A DNA stretch of 64,000 bases from Octopus sinensis (taxonomy: Eukaryota). The notes beneath the pieces are model-generated. The model had not been told where the DNA came from, did not search any database, and saw only the letters and a program-made list of their open reading frames with translations. The DNA is taken from positions 154,132,001 to 154,196,000 of the forward strand of contig NC_042998.1 of the NCBI RefSeq assembly GCF_006345805.1. The letters run 5' to 3'. The translations under genes and the position numbers were made by a program. Positions 11,664-25,619 of this stretch are shown here, piece after piece (position 1 is the stretch's first letter; each line of letters begins with the position of its first letter).

Positions 11664-11829
11664 ATGTATTATATATATAGAGGGTATAAGAGATATTGGT
11701 GTCAAGAAGGCCCAAAGGTGTCAGGTAATGCTGAGTAAGTACTATGGATAGACTATAGTTAAGCTTCAGGTTCGATAATGATATGAATGAGAAATCTAAC
11801 ATAGGTCATGTATTAGCAAGCATCTGTAT

Positions 11830-12180
11830 AAAAATTAACAGAATGAGATAAAAAATCCAAGGCTGTGAATAGTATTCAGAACATTTATAAAGAGAAGGTC
11901 TTACAGCTGTTTCCAGGATATTTTATATATCCCTTCATCAGAGACAGTGCGAGAAAATGTGAAATAGAGGAATGAAAAGACGTGAAATATGTAAGGATAT
12001 TGTATTTGCAGTTCCATTATTTAAGCAGAATGGTATATGTATAAGTTTCCTTTACCTTGTGTTTGAGTCTCTGATACAGGGATGTATAAAATATCCCGAA
12101 AACAGCTGTAAGACCTTCTCTTTATAAATGTTCTGTAAACTATTCATAGCCTTGGATTTTTGATCTCATTCTGTTAATTT
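11830..12180. repeat. Inverted pair of ~115-bp PLE-type pseudo-LTR fragments, each with a hammerhead-like motif
   Basis: 11832-11945 is the near-exact reverse complement of 12067-12180; ~120-bp spacer. Confidence 0.75.
11898..11945 (-). ncRNA. Minimal type I hammerhead ribozyme motif
   Basis: GUCU-CUGAUGA-AGGGAUA(UAUAAAA)UAUCCUG-GAAAC-AGCU-GUA-AGAC; stem I 4 bp, stem II ~6 bp, palindromic AGCU loop in stem III. Confidence 0.7.
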
Positions 12181-12202
12181 ATATATATATTATATATATA
12201 TA

Positions 12203-12533
12203 CATCATTGTCATCACCATCATCATCATCGTTTAATGTCCGTTTTCCATGGTGGCATGGGTTGGATGATTCGACTGGGGTCTGGGAAACCAGAAGGCTG
12301 CACCAGGCTCAAGTCTGATCTGGCAGTGTTTCTACAGCTGGATGTATTTCCTAACATCAACCACTCTGGGACTGTAGTGGGTGCTTTTTACGTGTCACTG
12401 GCACAGGGGCCAGAGGAGGCTGGCAATGATCACAATCAGTTGGTACTTTTTATGTGCCACAGGCATGGAAACCAGTCAAGGTGGCGCTGGCATCAACCAC
12501 ATTCGGATGGTGCTTTGTATGTGCCACTGACAC

Positions 12534-12535
<2 letters not shown>
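12203..12535 (-). mobile_element. RTE LINE 3' UTR fragment
   Basis: (CAT)n then gtttaatgtccg...ttccatg, matching the 3' end of the RTE at 20440-23948. Confidence 0.85.
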
Positions 12536-12583
<48 letters not shown>

Positions 12584-12799
12584 CAAAGATACAAGTACAA
12601 TATATATAATACAAAGTATACACATACATATATATACTGTTGTGTGGGGAAGGTCATTCTATTTTAGTGCCTTATAATTTAACACACGGGTAAAATTTCC
12701 ACTCATTTACTTATTTATTTTTCTAAAGTTTTTGATGCGTCTTGCAACCTTTTCAATAGTTGTTGACTTGGTCCGTTATCCAAGTTGCATTCTTTTTGT

Positions 12800-13320
12800 T
12801 TATTTGTGCGCATGTGTGTGGGTCAGTGTGTGTGCGCATGTACATTTATGTATACATGTATGTGTATGTATGTATGTATGTATGTATGCTTGCATGTGTG
12901 TGTATGCATATATGTATGAGTGTGTGTGCGTATGTACATGTATATATGTGTGTAGATTTGTATGTATGTATTCAGTATATTCATGTGTTTGTGTATTTTA
13001 TGTGTGTGTTTGCATGTGCGTTTGTGTGTACCTCTGTCTGTGTGTGCATGTCTGTGTGTGTGTTTTTGTGTATATGGGTTTTTGTGACTATGTACTATGT
13101 CTGTATGTATGAATGTGTATCTCCATATGTGTGGATGTGTGTATATGATCATGTGTTTCAGTCTTTATCTGCATATGTGTGTGAGTGCTTGTCTGTTCAT
13201 ATTACCTATGTACTTACCCGTCTGTATGTCTATCTGTTTACTCTCATATCCATGTGTCTACATACATGTGCATATACATATACATATACACACAGACACA
13301 CATACATACATCTACATAAC
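12800..13320. repeat. Degenerate TG/TA compound microsatellite
   Basis: Direct reading; source of the spurious C/V/Y/M-rich ORFs. Confidence 0.85.
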
Positions 13321-13399
13321 AGCTCACTAACTATTCTACCTATATATGAAATATAAACTGTGGGTGTGGGAGTATGATTACCTACTACATATATTTCCT

Positions 13400-14960
13400 A
13401 TTTAGTACTGATGGTGTTTCATTTATGAGGTTGTACTCCTGTATTTTGCCTGAGGGTTGGGTCTTTTGGGTGCTTGGATAAAATGCGGGTGTCAAATTGA
13501 CCCAAATTACCCCTTGGTATGTTGGTAGAGTATGGAGGTCTGTTTTTTGTTGTCATATTGTCTCAAATGTTTATTTAGTCTTTCTGCAATGCCCCTAGAT
13601 ATCTCCCCTATGTATGTCATGGTCATGTCTTTACAAGCACCTTCTATGCATCTTATACTGTAGACTACATTTCTAGTTCTACAGTTAATGCCAGGGCTAA
13701 TCCTATATACCATGCAGTTGTCATTGATGCATGTGGTTTTCACAAAGGGGTACGTCCTACATAGTTGTGATCTGATGGAGTTCCCTGTCTTTTCAACAAT
13801 CTCAATGCTGAGTTTGGTCTCCTTGAGAGCTTTCCTAAATCTATGGGCTAGTTCTTCATGGGCTGTGGCCTCTACAAACATCATTCCTTGATATTTGTCT
13901 TTTACACCATGTGTTCACCCTCTTTGCTTTGTCACAAGCTCTTTGCTTCTATATCCAGTTTTTGCTTCTATACCTAGGGAAGGTACTACTTGTTTCATTA
14001 CATATAATGTTATCTAACTTCTTTCTAGCAACCTTGTATACTCAAACCCTATCTTTTTGATCATATCCAGAGAATTGCATGTGGTGCAGGAATTTCTATA
14101 CATGTTTCTTCGTTTCATAGGGTTTGCATAGTGGAGACACATTGTTCATTATCCAAACTAAGTCTGCTATTAGTATGTTAATTTTCATGTTGTGTGACAA
14201 AGCTGAGTTTTTGTGAACAACATATTTTGAAGCTATGGGTTTCATGTAATAGGAGTGGAGGAGCTGCACTCCATTGTTCACAGTCTCTGACCAAATTCAG
14301 TATCCAAGTTTATTGTTGGGGTGCCTAGTGTGGTAATCTTGGTAATCTATAGTTACCTTGATATTTTGATGGATGGAGTTAGCTACTTGCTGGACACGCT
14401 CCATTATGTTCCTCTTAGTTTCTACATTACAGTTACTAGAGTTGGTCTTAGCTAAGATATTAATGTCATCTACATACCTACTGTAAAGTAGAAGAGTTGT
14501 GAACAGATCTGCTAAGGGATGTTTATGTTTTCTGTCCCACCAGGTCATGAAGATAACGGCCACATTCCCAGCTATACTGACACCAATAGCTGAACCTTCA
14601 ACCTGCATGTATAGTTTCTTGTTAACCTTTACTATGTGGTTCTTCAAGGTGGTTCTTATGCTAGCCCCCATTGTATGAGCAATCATTCCTTTCACCTGCT
14701 TATTGTTCTCAGGGTCTTGTATGGGTACAGTCTAGCCCCTCCAGTGTTCTGTGGTGCTTTTCTTCAATGCTGAGGTGATGGTGGTTGGTTTTCTCCTCTC
14801 TGACCTGGTGTGGGAGAATCCACTGAGGTCATGGTTATCTAAATAGTTGCTGACATGAGTTAAATTATAAAGCACTAACAGAGAATGACTCTCCCCAGAC
14901 ACAACAGAATATGCTTCAGCACACAAACTCACATAAAGAATCTTGCATACCATTTTCAGC
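13400..14960 (-). mobile_element. Decayed Penelope-like element (RT plus GIY-YIG)
   Basis: LYMQVEGSAIG...YSRYVDDINIL (14297-14695), HSYYMKP (14096-14281), CRTRNVVYSIRC...TYIGE...ERLNKH (13507-13884); frameshifted. Confidence 0.85.
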
Positions 14961-15069
14961 ATGGTGGTAGATACCCTAATTTATAATTTTAATAATCATT
15001 ATCTTTGAAGGTTATTTTTTCCGTGCTGACCACTTGATAAGTTCGTATATTTTAAATTAGACATACTTG

Positions 15070-15120
<51 letters not shown>

Positions 15121-15122
<2 letters not shown>

Positions 15123-15826
15123 TCATCTTCATCATTGTTTAACGTCCGCTTTCCATGCTAGCATGGGTTGGACGATTTTGACTGAGGGCTGGTGAACCAG
15201 ATGGTTACACCAGGCTCCAATCTTGATTTGGCAGAGTTTCTACAGCTAGATGCCCTTCCTAATGCCAACCACTCCGAGAGTGTAGTGGGTGCTTTTTACG
15301 TGCCACCGGCACGGGGCCAGTCAGGTGGTACTGGCAACGACCTCGCTCAAATCCTTTTTACACATGCCACCAGCACAGGTGCCAGTAAGGCAACTTTGGT
15401 AACGATCACGCTTGAATGGTGCCCTTTTACATGCCACTGGCATGGAAGCCTGTTGGCTGCTCTGGCAACGATTACACTCAGATGGTGCTCTTGGCACCCT
15501 ACTAGCACGGGCACAAGTGCCAGTAAGGCAACGCTGGTAACGATCACGCTCGAATGGTTCCCTTTAAGTGCCACTGGTACAGAAGCCGGTTAGCCGCTCT
15601 GTCAATGATCACACTCGTATGGTGCTCTTTGCACCCTGCCAGCACGGATGCCAGTCATCGAATTTGATTTTGATTTTGCTTTGATTGATTTGATTTCACT
15701 TGCCTCAACAGGTCTTCGCAAACAGAGTTTTAGTGACCAAGGAAGGAAAAGGTTATGCATAAGTGAGCTGGTTATGTCCCTGGCATAGGCCATGAGATTA
15801 TGGTTTCATTTGGCTTGCCGGGTCTT
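15121..15826 (-). mobile_element. RTE LINE 3' end with internal tandem repeats
   Basis: (CAT)n tail, conserved ttccatgctagcatggg palindrome, tandem 3' UTR units. Confidence 0.85.
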
Positions 15827-15837
15827 ATATATATATT

Positions 15838-16092
15838 ATTATCATCATCATCATTTAACGTCTGTTTTCCATGCTAGCATGGGTTGAATGGTTCAACCGG
15901 GGTCTGGTAAGCCATGGAGGCTGCATCAGGCTCTAGTCTGATTTGGCAGTGTTTCTACAGCTGGATGCCCTTCCTAACGCCAACCACTCCATGAGTGTAG
16001 TGGGTGTTTTTTACGTGCCACCAGCACCAAAGAAGGCTGGCAAACGGCCACAATCGGTTGGTGCTTTTACGTGTCACTGACACAGACGCCAG

Positions 16093-16095
<3 letters not shown>
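15838..16095 (-). mobile_element. RTE LINE 3' UTR fragment
   Basis: Same 3' terminal sequence. Confidence 0.85.
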
Positions 16096-16128
<33 letters not shown>

Positions 16129-16139
16129 CACACACACAC

Positions 16140-16175
<36 letters not shown>

Positions 16176-16179
16176 CATA

Positions 16180-16537
16180 CAGTAGAACTTCACAGTACAA
16201 GTGTACCATTATATAAATAATTTGTTGTATGAGCTGAGACTCCTGCGAATTTTTGTCTTGAAGTATGAGTGGAAATCTGCAGTATGAGTGCACAAGTCGT
16301 CTCTAAGGTAATTCAGTTAATAAAACTGGTTTACATGTTTCTTTTGCATTCTCTTTTTTATAACTGTCATTTTACTTAAAACCCTTAAAAAATTATTTTT
16401 GAATGCTTTTAGGGGGCTGGAATGGATTAGTTATATTTTAGTTAATTTCAATGGGAAAAACTGATTTGTAAAACGAGTAAACCGTAAGATGAGCTCGGTC
16501 ATGGAACGAATTAAACTTGTACTGCAAAGTATCCCTG
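16180..16537. mobile_element. Pogo/Tigger-like MITE
   Basis: TA|CAGTAGAACTTCACAGTACAAGT ... ACTTGTACTGCAAAGTATCCCTG|TA: imperfect ~23-bp TIRs, TA on both sides. Confidence 0.6.
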
Positions 16538-17160
16538 TATATCTATCCCACTTTTTTTTTTAATCAAGCTTCTTTGTGTTTTTTCCCTTCTTGTTCTTTG
16601 TCATTTTCTCACAGCTCAGTGTCCTGGTTTATAAATACATTTAATGTATGAACTGAGCCTGAAAGATTGCTTGGAAAAACATGGCATGTTTTATAAATCT
16701 GCCAATTTAAATTAAAGTTAAACATAAAACTAGCTGCAGCCCTTTCATAATCGTGTATTAAATTGAAATTCATGTCGCATTAGATGGAGTATTTTTTTTG
16801 TTGATTCTATCTATATATGATCTCTACGTTAGCTACTACACTCATTTTTTTCTCTCTTTGTTTCTCTCCTTGTTTTTTTCTGTGTATCTTTCTGCTGAAG
16901 AGCATAGGCTTGAAACGTAAAAGACTTTTTCAATTCCTGAACGCTATACTAATACATTTGTTTGTTTGTACTCCACCTGCCTTCATCTTTTGTTTATTTT
17001 CGTAAACTTTCCCTATATATATATCGCCATGACCGACCAGACTATCAGATGTTGCTACACATCGCTGGTCACAATGCGCTTCGCATTGTTTTAGCCTTCA
17101 AATGACGCCACCCCGCTGGCTAAGCGAGCAGGGCAATATATATATATATATATATATATA

Positions 17161-18279
17161 CTAGCATTAAAGACCCGTCGTTGCCAGGTCATAATGCTAG
17201 TGCATGTATATATGTGTATATATATGTGTACATATTACATGTACATCTATATATATACATCTACACATAAAATACAAAATACAAAGTTATATCTTGATAT
17301 CACTAGTGATAACAATACTCAAAATATATAACAGACTGGAATTGTTAGCCCGTCTCTTGTAATTCGATCAATGTATCTTGTCCTCCTCTTGTATAGAAGT
17401 GTGGCTACAATCCGACGGCTGCAGCGAAATTCATTTTTGGACTTTCTTCTATCGAAGACATTTTAACAAAAATGCTTCCGTAAAGACGGTGAAAATATTG
17501 TCAATTTCCCCAAACAGGGACACAATTCAATTTTTAAACAATAACCAAAGGGGGAGGGTTACGGTTTACAACATTTTAACAAATGCAACACAACAACGCT
17601 TCCCTTACGAGGAACCAACAAATGTGATAACAATAGTTAAACAGAAATAATAATAACAACAAACCTTACGGTAAACCAAAAAGCAGTACTCTGTTGAAGC
17701 TATAGGCCTTTATGGATCAGAAATAAACCAACAGCGGTACTCAGTAGAATGCTTAATGCTAGCTAATTAGCAAAAAATCTAATGTAAAAGCTGTGCACAC
17801 CTCCATCTGGACTATTCCATTTCTGCACTTAAATTTGATTTTTTATTTATTCCCATTCATGTGAAACCACTGATTCAAGTTCAAGTCATTGATGCAATTT
17901 TATACCAATTGCTATATTTTTACTTTTGTTATGTTACGATAATATTATACTTTAGTTTGATTTTAATTATTACTTACTACATATAATTCAATTATTATTA
18001 TTTTTATAGTTAAAGTGAAAGTATCTGACATAAAATAGAGAAATGTTTTTGTTTCACTTTTAACATGTAATACTGAAATAGTGGAGAAGATATGATATTG
18101 CTATGGGATTGCTCTAGGCAAGAAGTTGAACATTTTTTTTTGCCTATGAAACTACATGGACCCTAAGTAAGGCATGTGTAAAATTTGAATGAAATTGTTT
18201 GTGTAGTTCTCAAGTTTTAGGGAGACAGACAGACAGACACACACACACACACACATTCTCAGTTTTATATATATAAAGA
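17161..18279 (-). mobile_element. Non-autonomous Helitron, complete
   Basis: Minus strand A|TCTTTATATATATAAAACTGAG at 18279; 3' hairpin (gacc...ggtc) and CTAG|T at 17161; inserted in an AT dinucleotide. Confidence 0.85.
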
Positions 18280-18284
18280 TTTAT

Positions 18285-18590
18285 CAAGGTAAAGATCCCC
18301 TTTGGCCATAAAGGACCATGGGATTGCACCCAGAAAGTTCCCTTCCGAGGCACATGTCCAGGTAAGATTGTTTATGGAAGACTACCAGTCACCCATACAT
18401 ATCAGGCCTCTCCTGTGCACGCCACCAATATTATCCAAGGGAAAGGCAAAGGGGCCGATACAGCTTGGTAACAGTGATGATGCAACTCATTTCTACAGCT
18501 GAGTGAACTGGAGCAACATGATATAAAGTGTTTTGATGAAGAACACAACACAGCCCAGTTTGGGAATCGAACTCACTACCTCATGATTGA
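18285..18590 (-). mobile_element. Second tRNA-derived SINE family
   Basis: B-box-like gagttcgattccc on the minus strand; central ttctacagctgagtgaactggagcaac block recalled as typical of conserved-core SINEs. Confidence 0.6.
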
Positions 18591-18827
18591 GTTGGACAGT
18601 TTGATAGTACTTGGCAAGGATGGGATCACACAAGAGTCCATAGTCCTTTTTGGTTTGGTTTCTACAGTTGGACACCCTTCCTAATGCCAACTGCTATACA
18701 CAGTGTACTGGTGGTTTTTATGTAGCAACAGCACCAGTGCTTTTTACATGGCACCAGCACCAATGCTGTGAATATACATGCAAATATATATTTACAAATC
18801 ATATTCCCAATAAAAAAATTTTAAAAA

Positions 18828-18830
18828 CTC

Positions 18831-18861
<31 letters not shown>

Positions 18862-18871
18862 TTATATATAC

Positions 18872-18956
<85 letters not shown>

Positions 18957-19052
18957 TATATATTATATATACGTATTATATATATATATATATATAGATA
19001 TATATATATATATATATATTACATATACATGTATATATACACATATATATAT

Positions 19053-19085
<33 letters not shown>

Positions 19086-19116
19086 TACATATACATATAT
19101 ATACACATATATATAT

Positions 19117-19153
<37 letters not shown>

Positions 19154-19211
19154 TACATATACATATATATACACATATATATATTATATATACATATATA
19201 TATATATATAT

Positions 19212-19249
<38 letters not shown>

Positions 19250-19285
19250 TATACATATATAGATATATATATATATATATATACT

Positions 19286-19328
<43 letters not shown>

Positions 19329-19362
19329 CGTATATATAACATATATATCTATTATATATATA

Positions 19363-19402
<40 letters not shown>

Positions 19403-19456
19403 TTTATATATATATATTATATATACGTATATATATATATTTTATTTATATATATT
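18828..19456. repeat. Long interrupted (TA)n array
   Basis: Direct reading. Confidence 0.95.
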
Positions 19457-19830
19457 ATCATCATCATCATCATCATCATCGTTTAGCGTCCGTTTTCCAT
19501 GCTAGCATGGGTTTGACGGTTCTACTGGGGTCTGTGAAGCCAGAAGGCTTTATCAGGCCGCCAGTCAAATCTGGCAGTGTTTCTACGGCTGGATGCCCTT
19601 CCTAACGCCAACCACTTCGTGAGTGTAGTGGGTGCCTTTTACGTGCCACCCGCACTGGTGCCAGACAGAGCTGGCAAACGGCCACGAACGGATGGTGCTT
19701 TTTATGTGCCACCGGCACGAGGGCCAGGCGAGGCTGGCAACGGACACGAAACGGGGCGGTGCTGGCAACGGTCGCGAAACAGAAAGTTCTCTTACATGCC
19801 ACCGGCACTGGTAACACATCTGCAATTTCC
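19457..19830 (-). mobile_element. RTE LINE 3' UTR fragment
   Basis: (CAT)n tail plus conserved terminus and ~61-bp units. Confidence 0.85.
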
Positions 19831-20439
19831 ATAACCACCACCCTATATAAACTAATGCACACATTATAGCTCCCTATTTCGATTCCAATACCTTGGCTGT
19901 AAAACTACGAACGCAAAAGATGACGCATTCCATATAAGAATTCTTTTAAATTCAACCCGTTTAACTACCTTGTATTACTGCGGGCTTGATTAACCCTTAT
20001 TAGTTTATCTCTATTCTGTTTTACTCTGTCTATTTCAGCTCCATGTTATCATGTTAAATATATTGCTCTATAGTTCCGTCTTACTTATCGATGTCTAAGG
20101 TAACCTTAGCTCATGCATTTCCCATTAATCTGCAACATATTCCCTCACTCATGAAAGTCCATCACAGAGTCATTCGTCTCCAATTTTGTCTTAGACTGGC
20201 TCTCAGATTCTTAAATTCTATTTACTATTATCAACATTTGCTGTCCCGTTAAATTAACTATGACACTCCCACGGGTAGCACCCTCTCTCACTCTCTCTCT
20301 CTCTGTCTTAATTATATCTCTTAATACCTACAACAAAAGAATACGTTCCCCAAGAGATGCGCTCCTTTATAGTTGCTAGTTCACGGTGCGACTGCCCTCC
20401 CACCACCTCCACCTGTACCAGAAGTCCCTATTTTGTCAT

Positions 20440-23400
20440 CTTTGGTTGTCTCCCATGAACACTTCTAAAGGCTTTATGCCACCCCCACCCCCTACTGTAT
20501 AAGGTAGTGATCATACAGTGCAAAATATGATAGTGTAGTGTACGCAGGTTGAACTTAAGACTATAGTTTTTCGTCTATGAATCCTGCCAAATGCGAGCTC
20601 TCTTTTCAGGTACATGACACCGCTGTCCCCAGCCCCAGGGTCTCAAGGGCCCATACCTCCCACACCCTCAGAGTTGGCACGCTCAACGTCGGCACACTGA
20701 AAGTTAGGTCTGGTGAAATTGCTGAGATGCTTGAATGGAGATGTGTTGATATGTGCTGCATCCAAGAAGTTAGGTGGAGAGGAGGTTCTGCTAGATTCCT
20801 CACAGGCAAAGAACACAGGTACAAGATTTTCTGGACAGGGAACACTGACGGGGTTGGGGGTGTGGGTATACTTCTTGCAGAGAAATGGGTAGATAAGGTG
20901 ATTGAGGTAGTCAGAGTATGCGACAGAATACTTAAGATTAGATTAGTGCTCCATCATGGGTTAGCAACCATTATCTTGGCCTATGCCCCTCAGCCAGGGC
21001 TACCTGATGGACTGAAAGGCTGATTCTATGACACCCTCTTGCAAACTACCGCATTGACGAATGACAGGGACCTTCCCTTTGTGGCTGGTGACTGCAATGG
21101 ACATGTTGGACAACTTGTCGGGGGTTTCCATGGCATACATGGAGGCTACAATTTTGGCTCTTGCAATGAGGAGGGAACCAGGCTGCTGGAGTTCTGTAAC
21201 ACAAATGATCTTATGGTTTGCGATACTAACTTCAGAAAACCTGAAGGAGGGAACAGAGTTGTTGACAAGGCTATTAGACAAAAGAAACAGGCTTAGAAGG
21301 ACTGGAAGAATGGTGGTAGCAGGGAAGTGTATCAGACTGCCAGAAGGGAAGCTAGGAGGCAGGTTTATTTAGCCAGAGGGGAAGCAGATAAGAAAAAGTT
21401 AGCCAATGTTCTGCGCTGTGAGGACCAAAGACTTTAGGTATTTCGTGTTGCAAGACAGTGTGTGAGAGAGAATCGTGACGTGGTAGGAGAGAAATGTGTT
21501 CGCAAGGATGACGGTTCACTTGCGATAAATGAGGATGCAAAGAGAGAGGTTTGGAGATGCCACTATGAAAGGTTGCTGAATGAGGAAAATGAATGGGATA
21601 AAGAGAGTCTGCTGAATGTTGACCCAACAGAGGGACCAGATATCCGAGTTGAGAGTACCTTGATAGATAAGGCAATTAGAAGTATGAAGACAGAGAAAGC
21701 CCCAGGTCCATAGGAATTACTGCAGAGATGCTCAAAATATCTGCCATTGTCAGCTATAGCCTAGTCACCTGCATAGTTAACAAGGTGATACACGAAGGAG
21801 TAATACCCAATGACTGGTGTAGCAGCATAGTAGTCAACTGCTACAAAGGTAAAGGTGACACTCTAGATACAAATAATTACAGAGGTATCAAGCTGTTGGA
21901 TCAGGTAATGAAGGTTACAGAGAGGGTCATAGCCCAACTGATTAGGGAGAGAGTCAGCTTGGATAAGATGCAGTTTGGTTTCATGCCAGGGAAAAACACC
22001 ACTGATGCCATATTTCTGGTAAGACAGCTGCAAGAGAAATACCTAGCCAAAGATAAGCCCCTGTACCTGGCTTTCGTTGACATAGAGAAAGCCTTTGACA
22101 GATTCCCCCAACCTCTTTTCTGGTGGTCAATGAGGAAACTAGGGATAGATGAATGGCTAGTGAGAGTTGTGCAAGCCATGTACAGGGACGCTGTAAGTAA
22201 GGTAAGGGTTGGCAATGAGTACACTGAAGAATTCAGGGTAGAGGTAGAGGTCCACCAAGGTTCAGTCCTCAGCCTCCTCCTATTTATCATTGTCCTCCAG
22301 GCAATAACGGAGGAATTCAAGACAGGATGCTCCTGGGAGCTCCTCTATGCTGATGACCATGCTCTAATTGCTGAGTCACTATTGGAACTAGAGGAGAAGT
22401 TTCAGGTGTGGAAACAAGGATTAGAATCGAAGGGCCTTAGAATCAACCTAGCTAAAACCAAAGTCCATATAAGTAGGAAGGCAGGCAAACCACAAATCCC
22501 TTCAGGTAGATGGCCCTGCTCGATCTGTAGTAGAGGCATAGGTAGAAACTCTAAAAGATGTACCCAGTGTAAGCTATGGATACATAAGAGGTGCAATCTA
22601 AGGAAGGCTAACTGGGAAGATAGTTTTTGTATGTGACAGATGCTCAGGAGCAATAAGCACTGAAAATGCGCAGAGAACAACTTCTGCCACATTCCAGGGA
22701 GGAAACGAGAAGTAGTTGATAGCTTCTGTTACCTAGGTGACCAAGTCTTTAGTGGGGGAGGGTGTGCTGAAAGTGTAGCTGCTAGAATAAGACTAGCTTG
22801 GGCAAAGTTCAGAGAGCTCTTACCTCTGCTGGCGACAAAGGGCCTCTCGCTCAGAGTAAAAGGTTGACTGTATGACTCATATGTACGAACAGCCATGCTA
22901 CATGGCAGTGAAACATGGGCTGTGACTGCTGAGGACATGTGTAAGCTCGCAAGGAATGAAGCCAGTATGATCCGATGGATGTGTAATGTGAGTGTGCATA
23001 CTCGACAGAGTGTAAGTACCTGGAGAGAAATGTTAGACCTAAGAAGCATCAGATGTGGTGTGCAAGAGAGACGACTGCACTGGTATGGTCATGTGGTGAG
23101 AATGGATGAGGACAGCTTTGTGAAAAAGTGCCTCAGCCTAGCGGTTGAGAGAACCTGTGGAAGAGGTAGACCCAGGAAGACCTGGTATGAAGTGGTGAAG
23201 CATGACCTTCAAACTTTGGACCTCACTGAGGAAGTGACTAGTGACCAAGACTTTTGGAAATATGCCTTGCGTGAGAAGAACCGGCAAGCCAAATGAGACC
23301 ATAATCTTATGGCCTATGCCAGAGGCATAACCAGCCCACTTATGCATACCTTTTTCTTCTTTGGACATTAAAACTCTACTTGCAAAGACCTGTTCAGGAA

Positions 23401-23948
23401 AGTGAAATAAAAAATCAAAATCAAATTCAATGACTGGCATCTGTGCAAGCCAGATGCAAAGAGCACCATACAAGTGTGATCATTGACAGAGCGGCTGACC
23501 GGCTTCCGTGCCAGTGGCATCTGAAAGGCACCATTCGAGCATGATCATTACCAGCATCACATTTCTGGCACTCGAGCCCCATGCTAGTAGGGTATTAAGA
23601 GTACCATCCGAGCGTGATCATTGTCAGTGCGGCTATCTGGCCTCCATGCCGGTGGCACATAGAAGACACCATTCGAGCGTTACCAGCATCGCCTTACTAG
23701 CTGTGCTGGTGGCATGTGTAAATGATTCGAGTGAGGTCGTTGCCAGTGCCGCCTGACTGGCCCCGTGCCGGTGGCACGTAAAAGCACCCACTACACTCTT
23801 GGAGTGGTTGGCATTAGGAAGGGCATCTAGCTGTAGAAACTCTGCCAGATCAAGATTGAAGCCTGGTGCAGCCATCTGGTTCACCAGCCCTCAGTCATAC
23901 GTCCAACCCATGCTAGCATAGAAAGCGGACGTTAAACGATGATGATGA
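20440..23948 (+). mobile_element. Near full-length RTE-clade LINE (APE + RT), defective, internal deletion at ~21243
   Basis: VGTLNVGTL...CIQEVRWRGG (APE), GDCNGHVG, YRGIKLL, QFGFMPG, AFVDIEKAFDR, VHQGSVLS, LLYADD, PHD-like Cys cluster, HGSETW, RGRPRKTW; (GAT)n tail. Confidence 0.95.
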
Positions 23949-24640
<692 letters not shown>

Positions 24641-25222
24641 GACCCGGCAAGACTAGTCAGTCCACCTGTGCATACCTTCCTTCTTGTGACACTTGTGAAG
24701 ACCTGTTGAGGCAAGTGAAAATCAAATCAAATCAAAATAGATGAACATCAATGGAATTTGTATCTTTGTGGTACCAGTGCCTGTGGCACACAAGAAATCC
24801 ATCCGAACGTGGCCGTAGTCAGTACCGCATCGACTGGCCATCGTGCTGTGGGCGCGTAACAAACACCATCCGATCGTGGCCGTTTGCCAGCCTCATCTGG
24901 CACCTGTGTCGGTGGCACATAAAAACACCATCCGAGCGTGGCCGTCTGCCAGCCTCGTCTGGCACCTGTGTCGGTGGCACATAAAAAACACCATCCGAGC
25001 GTGGCCGTTTGCCAGCCTCGTCTGGCACCTGTGTCGGTGGCACATAAAATCACCCACTACACTCTCGGAGTGGTTGGCGTTAGGAAGGGCATCCAGCTGT
25101 AGAAACACTGCCAGATCTGACTGGACTGGTGCAGCTTTCGGGCTCCCCAGACCCCAGTTGAACCGTCCAACCCATGCTAGCATGGAAAGCGGACGTTAAA
25201 TGATGATGATGATGATGATGAT
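24641..25222 (+). mobile_element. RTE LINE 3' end (young subfamily)
   Basis: Near-identical to 42515-43023; (GAT)n tail. Confidence 0.9.
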
Positions 25223-25619
25223 ATTGTATGTGTATATATGTTATATGTATATTATATATATATATGTATATCATATATATGTATATATATATTGTATGTA
25301 TATATATATGTTATATATATGTTATATATGTTTATTATATATATATATATATTTATATAGATCTATATATATATATGTATATATATACATTATATATATA
25401 TATATATATTATATGTATGGTGATGATGATGATGATAATATATATATATAATATATAATATACATATATGTAATATATATATATATATATATATAATATA
25501 CATATATGTAATATATATATATATATCATATTATATATATATATATATTATATATATAATATATAAACGTGTATATATTTGTCGTGCAAGAATTTTTATG
25601 TGAAGTCGTGTGTTGAAAC

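Noticed and set aside
16865-16930. CUGAAGA-gcauaggcuu-GAAAC-GUA hammerhead-like motif in a small repeat (related copy ~39090-39150, minus)
   Set aside because: Stem II does not close and stem I is not adjacent; too weak without a family consensus.
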